DNA from: Podarcis bocagei
Lineage: Eukaryota
DNA: 64,000 nucleotides
Reading direction: 5' to 3' (one strand)
Assembly (NCBI GenBank): GCA_964188305.1
Contig: OZ076894.1
A program made the position numbers and the translations under genes. Positions within the stretch are counted from its first letter, which is position 1; every line of letters starts with the position of its first letter. Positions 37,397 through 50,032 of this stretch are shown here, in pieces. The notes beneath the pieces are model-generated. The model was not told where the DNA came from and did not search any database. It saw only the letters and a program-made list of their open reading frames with translations.

Positions 37397-37700
37397 TTAG
37401 AGTATTGTAGTTACAGGCAACTGGCCCATTGTTCCCATCAACACCTTGGCTGCTGCATTCTGCACTAGTTGCAACTTCTGGCTCAGCTTCAAGGGCAGCC
37501 CCACATGTAGTACATTACAGTAGTCCAGCCAGGAGGTTACCAGAATGTGCATAACTGTAGCCAGGATCTTCCTGTCCAGAAAAAGCAACCAAACCAAAGC
37601 CAGGTGTAGGCATCTCTGGCAGTTAAAGTCACTCCGGGTTCAAGTGACAATGGTGGTTCTAGAAACCAACTACAAACCTGCTCCTCCAAGGGAAGTGTCA
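37397..37700 (-). mobile_element. Old L2-clade LINE ORF2 fragment
   Basis: LATVMHILVTSWLDYCNVLHVGLPLKLSQKLQLVQNAAAKVL matches the SRLDYCN...LQLVQNAAAR motif. Confidence 0.85.
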
Positions 37701-37762
37701 CAGTAGTAGCCGGTGGGGTGGCAGAGGCAGGGTGCTACAGTTGTCCTGGCTTCCAAATACAG

Positions 37763-39316
37763 ATGTGGCAGGGGATTCAACATATTACCAACTACAAACC
37801 TAACCTTGGTGCTGTCGACGGTGACCCCTTGCTGGCGGAGGAGCTTAACCTCTTCTTTGCTCGCTTCGAGAAGGAGCCACCTGAGACGCCGGTATTACAG
37901 CCACCAGCCCATAGGGGCCCCTCATTCACGGTAGAGGAACATGAGGTGAGACAGGTTTTGAGGATGGTGAATCCGAGGAAGGCGGCTGGACCTGATGGAA
38001 TCACTGGAAAGGTGTTGAAGGGCTGTGCGGATCAGCTGGCGAGGGTCTTTACTAAGATCTTCAATAAGTCCTTACACCAGTCTATTGTCCCACCCTGCCT
38101 GAAGTCGTCAACTATTGTCCCTCTGCCTAAAAAATCCACAATCAGTAGTTTGAATGACTATAGACCAGTTGCACTGACTCCAATCATCATGAAGTGTTTT
38201 GAAAAACTGGTGCGCCGTCACATTATTTCCTGTCTTCCATCAACTTTTGACAACTACCAGTTTGCATACAGAGCAAATAGATCCACAGAAGACGCCATCA
38301 ATACCACTCTCCATGCTGCTCTGTCCCATCTGGAGCAGCCGGGGAGTTATGTGAGGCTGCTGTTTGTGGATTTTAGCTCTGCTTTTAACACTATCCTCCC
38401 CCATAGACTGGTGTCCAAGCTAGAGGCGATTGGACTCTCCAACTCCACCTGTCTCTGGGTTTTGGATTTTTTGTCAGAACGTTCTCAGAGGGTTAGAGTA
38501 GGGTCACACATGTCCACAGCCCTTAGCCTTAACACCGGCTCACCACAGGGTTGTGTGTTGAGTCCCCTGCTCTACACTCTCTATACGTATGACTGTACAG
38601 CCATCTATTCCAGCAACAAAATCATCAAGTTTGCTGATGACACTACGGTGGTAGGGCTCATTTCAGGAGGGGATGAGTCCGCCTATCGGGACGAGGTGGA
38701 GCGGCTCTGTGTTTGGTGTGGAGAGAACAATCTGGCTCTTAATACGGCTAAGACCAAGGAATTGGTGGTGGATTACAGGAAAAAAAAGGCGGACATTCAG
38801 CCCTTGTATATCAACGGGGAACGGGTGGAGAGGGTGGCGGAATTCAGGTTTTTGGGAGTAGCTATCGATCAGGGCATGACTTGGAGCGCACATACCACTG
38901 CTCTGGTGAAGAAGGCCCAGCAGAGAATTTATTACCTCAGACTTTTAAAGAAGAACAATCTGAGTGAGAGACTGCTGGTGTGCTTCTACCGAGGCTCCAT
39001 AGAGAGCATTCTTACATACTGTATTTGTGCTTGGTTCTCCAGTTGTACAGCTAGGGAGAGGAAGGTGCTCCAGAAGGTCATAACCACAGCCCAAAGGATT
39101 ATTGGTCATCCTCTCCCATCTTTGGAAGAACTGTACGGTTCCCGTTGTCTTAGGAAAGCAAATAACATCCTGCAGGATTCATCTCACCCGGGACACGGTC
39201 TGTTTGCACTACTGCCTTCTGGCAGGAGATATAGAAACATCAAGTCAAAGACAAATAGACTGAAAAACAGTTTCTATCCAAGAGCTGTGGCCTTTTTGAA
39301 TGCTGTAACTCGATAG
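37763..39316 (+). CDS. Reverse transcriptase (Rex1/Babar type), uninterrupted but missing its N-terminal endonuclease
   Basis: KAAGPDG, YRPVAL, QFAYR, FVDFSSAFNTI, GSPQGCVLSP, KFADD and C-terminal LPSGRRYR...RLKNSFYP. The listed start at 37718 lies in the duplicated target DNA. Confidence 0.9.
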   Translation: MWQGIQHITNYKPNLGAVDGDPLLAEELNLFFARFEKEPPETPVLQPPAHRGPSFTVEEHEVRQVLRMVNPRKAAGPDGITGKVLKGCADQLARVFTKIFNKSLHQSIVPPCLKSSTIVPLPKKSTISSLNDYRPVALTPIIMKCFEKLVRRHIISCLPSTFDNYQFAYRANRSTEDAINTTLHAALSHLEQPGSYVRLLFVDFSSAFNTILPHRLVSKLEAIGLSNSTCLWVLDFLSERSQRVRVGSHMSTALSLNTGSPQGCVLSPLLYTLYTYDCTAIYSSNKIIKFADDTTVVGLISGGDESAYRDEVERLCVWCGENNLALNTAKTKELVVDYRKKKADIQPLYINGERVERVAEFRFLGVAIDQGMTWSAHTTALVKKAQQRIYYLRLLKKNNLSERLLVCFYRGSIESILTYCICAWFSSCTARERKVLQKVITTAQRIIGHPLPSLEELYGSRCLRKANNILQDSSHPGHGLFALLPSGRRYRNIKSKTNRLKNSFYPRAVAFLNAVTR

Positions 39317-39496
39317 TGTGACCTGGGAGTTTGATGGGTGTGGTGTGGGTGTGGCTGGAATGTGGTTTGTTTGGTTGTTGTTGTTGTCTTGCTTTTGATG
39401 TTTTAAGGGATGGCATCCAATTTCGTTGCACTTTGTACAATGTTGCACTTGTGTAATGACAATAAAGAATCTATTCTATTCTATTCTATTCTATTC
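37763..39496 (+). mobile_element. Rex1/Babar non-LTR retrotransposon, 5'-truncated, young
   Basis: RT ORF, 3'UTR, AATAAA at 39461-39466, (CTATT)n tail. Flanked by a 59-bp direct duplication. Confidence 0.92.
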
Positions 39497-42360
39497 TAGT
39501 AGCCGGTGGGGTGGCAGAGGCAGGGTGCTACAGTTGTCCTGGCTTCCAAATACAGCATGTTGCTGGTACCGACCAGAGGCAGAAGGACACAGGTGAGGCA
39601 TAGGGAGCTCAGCTTTATACAGGCACATAATGGCAAAACTGCTCCATTGCACTGCACTGCACAGTACCAAGCTCCCTGGGCCTTGCCCCATGCCCTTTCC
39701 CTCTTGTAAGCACCAGTGGCACACTGTGCTTGGAAGCTGGGATATCTACTGGAGCGCCACCCTTCCAGAGCAGGTTGTTGTACCACATCCCAGAAACTCC
39801 ATCTTGTCAAGCCATGCTAAAGCTAAAAAAAATGGCTTCAAATAATAAGACAGCAAAGTTCATAGCATTCTGTATGCTGTGGGTCTTGTGGGATCTATTC
39901 CCTTTCCCCCTAGAATTTGAGATCCAATTGGAGCCAGGTGCAAAAGATAAACACTTAAAATTAAAGAATTCACTAATTTAAGAGTCCACTAATTTGATTT
40001 TGGGAAGCAGAACTGCTCTGAGTTTTTACTCGCAGATTACATGCCAGACCTGCTTCCTTCATTTCAGCAGGATAATTGGGGGTGGGGGTAATTTTGTTGA
40101 TGTCACAGATCTGCCGATAGAGTCCTGACCTACCTTTTCCCCATCCCCTGCCTTATGCATTGTCAGTATGCAATTGGCACACTAGAAAACCCAAATAGTC
40201 TGATATGCGGTAAAGCAAGCATTCAACACCAAAGTACATGCTGACACTGGCATTTGAGGAAGGAGAGAGAGTGCTACATTTTCTTATATCTCTTTTAAAG
40301 CATCTAAAATTGCTGAGTGTCATCTGCACATTGTAAAAAGAAAAGAAATAAAACCAAAACCAAAAAACCTGAACAGCCTCCAAACTTTTGACAAAGTGCT
40401 GAAACATGAAAAAAGAGTGGAAGAAGTGCAAATTCAAAGCTAGTAACCCACTGGCCAAAGTGCTTGGCAATACCTCATCATAAATCATGGCCAAGAATTG
40501 CTTCTGTGTTAAGCGCACAAGCCTTCAGCTATCTGTAGCGCTGCCGATTTATATTACCATTTCATAAGAAACAAGGTGGATAGCACAGCCTGGCTTTAAT
40601 AGCAGACTTGTCATGATGTCCTATGGAGGTGAGAAAGTAGCTATTTGTGAGGAAATAATGATGCAGCTCTACTAAAAAGCTTCTTTCTTCTTAACGTTTT
40701 TGTGGGGCTTGAAGCCTTATACAAGACCGGGGGTGGGGGGAGGAAGAGGAAATAATAGGGTTTTTTAAGTGCCTCTGTGTTTTCAGCGAACTACCTTCAT
40801 AGGATGCAATCAGTTTGCATTAACAGACCATCTTCTGACATTTCAGATGAGATAGAGGTAGTTTCCACAGAACATCCTAAGGGCATCAATAGATGTGGGA
40901 AAACTACATTTCCCAGGGCTACTGATGCCTGTTTCTGGCACAGCAGCACTCCGGGACCTGAAGGAATGGTAGAAGACAGTAATCTGTACAAATGGATAAT
41001 CTCCTTTCCCCCCACCATGGCCTCCCATCTGTCCTAGGTAAAATGGGACAAAAAGGGATGTCAATTTACCCAAACAAAATAAAGATTAAATGACAGCAAG
41101 GCAGGCTGCAACATCCTTTTATACTAAACTGGGTGCCCCCACCTTATGCATGAACTTTGGGTCAGATACTTTTTCATCTGCCGCAGAAGCAAGTCAAGCA
41201 GGAGTGTTAGTGAGTAATATCTAGCGCTTAGCACATTACCCCTCATTTAAATGTAATTTAAACCTGTCATACTTACAGTCCAGACAAATGAACACATGTG
41301 GTCTGTTTATGCTTGGTAGAATATCAGAAGAAAACAACATGTGCAGCTTAAATTTTATATGACTCTGCTCTTTTTTTTGCTCCACTTCAAGCCTATCATA
41401 TGTGGACAGAGAGACTACACAGATCAATTATGTATTTTAGGGAGATACGCATACACCAGGAAAAGTGCATCTCCTCATTGACCATGCACTCAGAAAAGAG
41501 CATGCTGACTAACCTCCAATACAAACACTATCTTGGGTTTTGTTTTTTGTCTTTTTAGGATTCATGAATCAAATAAAGACATAAATAGATAGGAAGAAAA
41601 ATGCTGCAACTCATGAACTGCCCAAGCAGCACCTAAGGGTGCACCTGCACCCACACTGGTCTTCCTTGGTGCCCACGGGGTCCTATTCACCTCACTGCTT
41701 CCCATAGCTGAAATCAGGCTTTAAACAAGCCTTCCATCAAGCAGAAAGCTGTTTTGAAATCTGATTGCAAAGAGTTAACTCTCCCTTTCTTAGCTATGAC
41801 TCCGTCATGAAAAATGGCCACCGCACCACAATTCCACTTCAAATAAGCTTTCTGTTGGCATGTATACATGGTTGCAGTATGTGTGCACATGCCTGGTTGC
41901 AGCACATAGTTGTGGTTTGTGTGTGGTGCATACAATATGTATCCATGGGCCAAAATATGATTGGCAACCACTAGTGTAACTCATATTTCTGGTTGAGAGC
42001 AGAATATACTACCTAAGGTAATACAGTAAACTGTGCACATAGACATACATTCTTTCTTGTTGCTCTGTAGCAATGCTGCAATTTTCTCTCCAGGAAAACT
42101 CAGGACCAACCTAGACACTACTAGGCACCACACAATGAGCTTTTTGGTGCCAATGCATTCGCCCCCCAACACTGATTGCCATATTGGGGCGGGGATGGTG
42201 ATCTCCATCAGCATCAGGGCTGGAGAGGGAACAGCCTTCATTCACACATGCTGCCGTCCCAATGATAATGATCTTGGTGGTTGGTGTTTCAAAAAACCCA
42301 CAACCCAGACATAGCTGTTAACTATTGTCTTTCAAACACTAGGAAGCAGGGTGGAAAAAA

Positions 42361-42361
<1 letters not shown>

Positions 42362-42417
<56 letters not shown>
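42362..42417. repeat. (AAT)n microsatellite
   Basis: Seen directly. Confidence 0.95.
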
Positions 42418-43339
42418 TGTACTTCTATCTGATGTTAGAAGAATGCATGCTTGAATGCTCCCCTGTTAAAAAACAACTTCATATTAAAAACAACTTCATA
42501 TTAAAAGTCTCACGGAGAAGGTTTAGCTAAAATACTATCAATTATTATTGATGTTTGGGACATTCCTTTTAGACATGGGACAATGTTTGAACATATGACC
42601 CCTTAACTGATGTCAGGAGCACCATGTGCTCTTATGCATCTACATCTTGATGGGAGTATAGTTTTAAAAAGGAAAGAGACTCCTACCTTTTTAAGGTGTA
42701 GATGATCAAAGATCTCCAAAACTTTATCTTGGTTTACATATTACATCACCACACAAATGCACACTTTCATAACTTTTCTGTTCTGGGTATTTCTCTAACA
42801 ATCATGGGCAGCCAGACTTAAAATGGGCAGTTCAAAAATACAAGTCATGCAAATGTTGCTTATGTTTGATGTTTTACTATGTTTTTATATGAGCTGTTAA
42901 GTAGCCAAGAGTGATTGGGGAAACCCAGTTTGATGGGCAGGGAATAAATAATAATAAAATTGTTATTATAAATTAATATTATGTTGGTTAACATAATTGT
43001 AAGGAGGAGCAGCAGCAGACATGTTGCCATACGCCAGCACTGGCAATCAGCCCAGAAGTTGCAAGGAAATTGAATGATGGGGGGAGGACAATGAAGCCGC
43101 AGGTGTTCTTGAGCCAGAGAAAGATAAAAGCAGTGTGGGTGCATCTGTTGGAGTGAGTCCCAGGGTACACCCAGAAGGAGAGCTAATAGTGGGAAGTGGA
43201 GGGAGAGATAGCAAGCAAAAGCTGAGCGAGCAACACAGAGAGCAGAGATGGAGATGCAAAGTGAGAAAAGTGGTACCTATATGTGTGGAGGTAGGAATGG
43301 AAGAGAAATAAGGACATAGCAGGCAGAGAAGAAGATAGA

Positions 43340-43341
<2 letters not shown>

Positions 43342-43377
<36 letters not shown>
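43342..43377. repeat. (GT)n microsatellite
   Basis: Seen directly. Confidence 0.95.
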
Positions 43378-43382
<5 letters not shown>

Positions 43383-46300
43383 GGAGAGATTGCAACAAAA
43401 ACGATTGTAGAACAGTTAAAAAGACAACTGACAGTTGCAAGGAACTTAAGGGAGACAGAAGAAATTTCAAAAGGCGGCAGGAAAACACAGCAGGAGTGAT
43501 AATATAAGAGTCCCCAAAGGGGAAGTTTGGTTCAGCAAAGGGTAATCTGGCCAGTCTGTCTCAGTGGAGGGCCACATAATAAGAGTATGTAGTCTTCTTA
43601 GCAGGGAATGTCCTGTGGTGAGAAAAGCCTCTAGCTTGTAAATGTAAAAGGCAACTCAGGTGTCTTTGCTAACAAGAGATAACCAGGCATTCTGAGGACA
43701 CCTAGGAGCCCAAGAAAAGGAACACTTGACAAGTCTGAAAAGTAAATTTAGTATTCCCAGACCCTCCCTTTCGACACAGATCCCAAGGCTACTCTCCACA
43801 GAATAACTTGACAGAAATAATTCTAGATCACGGAGAACCCTCTCCTGACAAGTCGTGTGAAGCTGATGCCAAAAATATCCATTATCACATTCTTAACAGA
43901 AACCTTATTGGGGCAAAGCAACATGAATCATTGGTGCCTGACAGTAACATCACCTGTTGGAAATCATGATGCCTCTGTTGTGAAGCTGGGCTGTAACATT
44001 CGTCTGCATTAGTGTTATCAAATTCCCAGTTCTCTCTATGAAGGCTTCTAAATGTCATGGAATGTGACATCTGTGAATGCACAGGTGCATTGCAGCAGCG
44101 CATGCCTTGCACACAAATCATAATCACATACCACTAGGCAGTTCTAAATTTCTCTTTTATAAAGCCCCAACAACAAGACACACTTGTCTGTAAACCTTGC
44201 AATAAGGTCATTCAAGGAACTACTGAAGAATTGCTGTCCATTGTAATTTTATTGCTTCTTGTATATTGTATTTCACTGTATTACAATTTCAATGCCACAG
44301 AATTCCACTGAATTCACATTTCAGGTGTTCTTCCCAAACTCACTATACACCACTTGAATGAAGCTCACAGGCCACTGGTAGTCCATGGAACACAATTTGG
44401 CAACCCCTGAGTTAGATGAACCAAGGAGCTGACTCAGTATACAGCAGCTTCCTATGCTGCTATAAAGTTGTCACCAGAAAACTTCATTGTATGCACAGCT
44501 TGGGTTAGTCTCAGGTTCTGACAGCAGGCAGCATTCTCCCCCCCCCCCACCCACTTATTCTATTAATCAGCTATCGCTGTATTACTTTATAGAGCCTTTG
44601 GCACCTTTGTTGTTGAGCTATCTTATATTTGGTTAGATTTGACAAGGGACTCGTTTTGGTAATGTGGTAATTAAGACTTGAACAGATGTCAGCATTAATA
44701 AGAGACACAAATGAGGTGTAGGGAGATGAATGTACTGCTTTAGCTGTGCTGGCGGGCTAGCCATCACTAATAGCTGTGGATGGCACCGATTCAACAACCC
44801 CTTGGTTGAGAGAGCTTTTGGCACAAGGTCCTGAAATCAAGTTTATGGACACCAGTGGCAATGGGAAAATGAAGCAAATAAATGTAAGAAAACACAAAAA
44901 CTAGATAGCATACGCAGAGCTGAGGACTTTTGTTCTGGCAAGTATAGATGCTCCAGAACCAATGGAGCATTGATACAAAAACACTGATGTCTTTATATTT
45001 AGGAAATTACAGTAATGCCTCATTATAAAGTAATTATAGAATGACTTTCCCCTTTGCTTAATTTCCAATATTTTGCAGAGGTTTAATCTTATTAATACAT
45101 GTCACAGCAAAATGGTTCTATCATTAAAAGTTTATCAGGCTCCATGCCATGTTGTTGTTTTTTAAACCCACAATACTTTTATATTTCATTACTTATTATG
45201 CTGTTGTTGTAGCACAATCTGATTTTACTACCCTGCTTTCAAAAATAATCTCAGATTTTTTTAATGCCCCTCTCAAATCACTCCCTTGTTTCACTCATAA
45301 TGCAGTTCTAATCAGAATTTCCCACAATCCATTACTGAGACCCACAGTCCATCACTGCTGCTCTTTTACCTAGTGTGCCCATTTTCACTTACTCAAGCCT
45401 TCACACATGACCAGGGACAGCAGTAGCACCTGGCATCCCTGAGAAACTGCTTGGACCTGAGCTTCCTGCCACAACCCCCTAGCAACTATTCAGAACTGCA
45501 CCCCACCTTGCCAGGTATGTAAGCTGCAATTTAAAAGAAATTTTACAGTGCCTGCAGAACATAGATTGTGACATTGCTCTGGGGTATTGTTGAGAAATCT
45601 AAAAATGCAGTCATCTGGTACCATTCAGAAGGATACCTTCTTAAGCTTCCCTGTATCTGTGTGTGATCCTCTGCAAAGGTTTGTGCTCTACTCTGATTTT
45701 CTGCCCACCTTATCCTTGCCACAGAACAACAGATTTCTAGCAGAATCCTCAACCTCCTGTGGCCATCTGATACAGGACATGCATGTGCATTTTGGTGTGG
45801 GCAGACAACAAGCCAAATTTGCTTCTGCCTTGCAATGTAAAGCAAGCACATTATGCCTCTCTGATCTGATTCAATCGCCAGGTAGTCAGAAGCAGCATCT
45901 CCATTTGCATTGGGGCAGGATTGACAAGCATATCAGTGTCAGGAAACAGAGTCCAAACAAAATCCAGCTGCAATCTGCTTTGGAACCCTGCAAACAACCT
46001 GAGTCACTCCCAACAAGAGTGAAATTTCCCCTTCACTAAGCAAATAAACTGCCTCTCTCAATGAGCCGTGGCCTCCAACTTGCAGACTGGCAGCACAGCT
46101 TTCTGGCAGCCGGACGAACATTCTGAAGAAAGGACCAGGCTTTCAAATCACTAATCAAGTGAGATTCAGTGCATCTTGTATCATGCTGCTCATGTTCAGC
46201 AGCTGGCAGAGGTCAAGGGAGAGTACTGGATGAAATGTCACAACATGATAGCATCCTGCCTGCTGGCAGTGTTGTGGATCAGGTATTAGCAAAAGCTTTA

Positions 46301-46484
46301 GAGATCGGCCCTGGTTTAAAATGAAAGATGGTTATAGGCAAACAAATTTCACAAAATGCTTACAAACAAAACAGTTTGTTTGTATGTGTATGATGCAATC
46401 AGCCATGCAGTTACGGTATGTTGTTGCTACTATCCTGCTACTCCTGCAGTAGCAGCTAATGCTAACAGTAAGGATATTACTATA

Positions 46485-46726
46485 CAGTGGAACCTCATGT
46501 TACGTACCGTCCGCCTTGCAAATGCTTCGGGTTATGAGCTCCACTAACCTGGAAGTAGATGCTCCTGGTTGCGAACTTTGCCCCAGGATGCGAGTGGAAG
46601 TTGTGCGCTGGCAGCGCGGCAGCAGTGGGAGGCGCCATTAGCGAAAGTGCGCCTCATGTTATGAGTGGTTTCGGCTTAAGAACGGACCTCCAGAATGAAT
46701 CAAGTTCGTAACTGGAGGTACCACTG
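46485..46726. mobile_element. Tc1/mariner-type MITE, diverged family A relative
   Basis: TA-CAGTGGAACCTC...GAGGTACCACTG-TA. Shares the AAGAACGGACCTCCAGAA block. Confidence 0.85.
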
Positions 46727-49700
46727 TACCTGGGTTTAAGGGGTGGGTTTTTTATTTTTTTATTTTGCCTTAACAAGCCACATGATCATGTGGAAGAAAA
46801 GACTTACTGGTGTATTTTTATTAATGTTATTGTCAATTGTAATACAAACTGTCATAAAAGTTTAAATGGTGTGTAAACAGCAAATAAAGAGATGATGATT
46901 AAACTTATTGCTCTACTTGTGTGCAAGGACATGAACCAGATTAAGACCAATCTACCCATCACTAATCTTGCTTCTCTATGGATCAGGAGCTGAATGTAGC
47001 TGAGTAGGTTTATCTCTTCATTCCTGCTCACAAAAACATGGGCTCTGGACAACATGTTGCTTTTTTGATAAGCCTGAGATTCCTTAGTACAATGGGTACC
47101 AAATTGATCCTACAGAGTAGTTCAATAAGCGTATCCATGTTAATCCATCACAACAAGCAGAGGGAGAGCCATGACCCCATCAATGTTAAGTGATAGATAG
47201 AGGAATCAGACGAAGTAGGCTGCTGTCTACAAAAGCCCACAATACGAAAGCCTGACACCATGTGTCGCAATGCATTCTGTCTTCTCTGTCATAGAAATAA
47301 AGATATTCACACTAAATTACATGCAAAACCCATGTCAGGAAACAAATCTATTACTAGATTAGATATATCATTTAAATTTCACAAATCAAAGGTTTTATAC
47401 AAAAAAGCCCCACAAGTCACAACACTTACAACAATTTTTGAAAGCTGCCAGACTATATGACACAGGACATCTGCTGGCAATTAATTCAATTACTGACAAG
47501 TGTATTTGATTTTGCTTCACATTCAGCTTTTAGCTATTTAGCTTAAGGGTATTGCTTGCTTTCTATGATTTGGTTTTTCCTCTTTCTTTTTTAAGCTCTC
47601 TCTTCTGCACTGCTTCATCCCTTCCAGTCATACACCTTTGTATTCAGCTTATACCAGGGGATCGGACATTTTTACCCTCAAAATGGTGGAGGAACTTTGC
47701 TCCATTCAGGAGCTCCACTGATGCAAAATCACTCCAGCAGATTTTGAGCTATTCCTCCCTCCCACTGCAGCAGTGGTGGACTTTGGGCTCTCAAATTTCA
47801 GTGCTGTTCTGTGGAATGCAAAAATAATAAATAATAAAAATGTCCCCCCTTTCGCCTCTATATTCTGTTCTACAGCATTGTTGTGGCGCCCCCTGCAGTG
47901 TAGCACCCAGCACAGCTGAACCGGTCTGGCTACCCTAAAACCTCTTGTGACTGCAGCCTCATGAAACACAGCTTCCATTCCTCAGGAGATTATTTTCTTT
48001 TTGAAGGTGTGTGTGCTTAAGGGCTTGGAACAGAAAATAAACATCACTTGTTCAAGCTGCAATCTGCTCACTCGATCACTGGCTGCAACCCTGCAACAAT
48101 ATCTCGGTCCCTCCCCCAGTTTTGGACCCTATAATGCTCTCGCTGTCTTTGACAATGCAAGAGGGTCTGGATTGAATACCCCAAATCCCCCAGCAAGCTC
48201 CTCAACCTTCCGGGAGTCCCTAAATCCTGCCCTGCCACCTTCTCTCTTTGCCAAGCTCATCAGCTACAAACACAGTAGCAACGGGTCTGACTGTGACTGT
48301 ATGGTCTCAGTGGAGGCTTCTGTTGGAGCCCTCCCTGTCAAAGACAACTCCTACATCAGGGAGTTATACAAGGTTGTAAGGGACACTGGACACAAAGGGG
48401 AGTATGGAAACTCAGAGTGGGATGGTCCTAACCCAGGTGGACATAGGTCCTAATGCATGTGATGGACAGGTGGAAATAGTTCCAACGCCAGCATCCCCAT
48501 GGAAATCTGTTCTTCATCTTTTAGACAGCTGCATATGTAGAGTTATGAACTACAGTCAACAAATATTTAATTGAATGCCACAATGTCAACAAAGTGATTG
48601 TATTGGCATGTTCTAACAGTGGTGAATAGGGGATATAATTCTGCAAGATGTTAGGGAATGAAGTTGGGTCGAACTTACTTATTCTTCAGGGTTTACAGTT
48701 TCAGATGAGCTGGATGCCATTTATCAAACTGAAATGCATCTTACAGAAAAGGGATTGCCCAAGAAAACTCTAGCAAAGCTTGATAACGCAAGAGGAAATG
48801 TAAACAGGAATGGCGAGACGGCTGTTGCCATATATTTAGAGCACTGCTGAACTACCACCGATGGATTACTACTCATACTTAGAGGCTTTTCAGCTGCCCT
48901 GAAGCAGATTATGGCTGAAGCATATGTTCCCTTACACTTCTTTCATGCTGCCCTGGTTATTACTGTAAATATGCCTTATATTTCAAGTGACTTACTGGAT
49001 TGTTTGGGGAGATAATTCTTCCTTCTCATACCTCCATTATGTACTGACAAAAACACCATACTTGGCAAAGGTAGTTGTTGTGTGCCTTTAGATCTCCTTA
49101 TTCCCTTTCACTTGTTGTTCAGCCAGCAAATGGTTTCTATTCAGTTTTATCTTGTACCAGTTCGGCTGGCAGAAAACGCAAGCAAACCCTATCACACACT
49201 AATCCTCTTTTCCTCATGCTTTTCATGTAGCAGGTTCTTTTGAGCAGGTTCCACGGTTGTGTTTATCCCTGTTCTTTTGACTCCCTCACCCTGTTGTGTC
49301 AGACCAGCCTCTCCAAGCGAGACCGCTTCTATCTAAATAGGCTATAGAAGGCTGAAGTGAGGTATGGGTTGTTCTTAGGAGACAAAGTGTCATTCATTCA
49401 TTAGCCCTCAACTTACGCCATGTACCTAGCATAGCAAGGAGAGTGAGACTACACCCACCTCACCCACCCTGGCTCCATCCAGTGATGTGTGCACTTCTGT
49501 AGACTTGTTCACACGTTACACGAAACACAGGTGCAAGCTGTCTCTAACCCTTGTATGAAAAAGTGCACACTTGTGGATCTACACAGCTCAACTACAGCTC
49601 AGCACAACCCAGGCACACAGACTTTACATTAACTGAACATTGCATGTAGATGATCATACAAGTGTACAGTTCACTGAAAGGAAGGTGTGAACAACGCTAG

Positions 49701-49857
49701 TGGACCCAGACTTTGCGATGTTCCCTATCAGGAGAGAAGCCCATCTCCTTTACAGTATTATGCTGAATACAGAGACATTGGAGGACAAAGCCAGCAGGCA
49801 CAACGCAACGCCAATGGCTGGGAGGAAGAAGAGCCAGAAGACACAGTGCAACTCCCA

Positions 49858-50032
49858 CTTCTGCTTTCAACAGTTGCTGGAAACCACAGGTGGGGACGGG
49901 GTGCTCTTGTTCTCAGGTCCTGTTTGCAGATTTCCTATAAATATATGGTTGGTCACTCTGAGCACAAAATGCCGGACTGGGTAATGCATTGTCCTGATCC
50001 AACAATCTCTTCTTATGTTCCTATGTTCTTAT
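49858..50032 (+). mobile_element. Old CR1-like LINE 3'UTR fragment
   Basis: CAGTTGCTGGAAAC...TGGTTGGTCACT...TCTTATGTTCCTATGTTCTTA tail. Related to 51870-52095, 56370-56642 and 61660-61850. Confidence 0.5.

Noticed and set aside
37718-37762. ATG-like start of a full-length 532-aa RT protein
   Set aside because: The first 15 codons lie in duplicated target DNA, and the element is 5'-truncated.
45587-46039. 150-aa ORF
   Set aside because: No recognisable domain and no supported exon structure.
48001-48453. 150-aa ORF
   Set aside because: No recognisable motif. Length is compatible with chance in a 64-kb window. A homology search would be needed.
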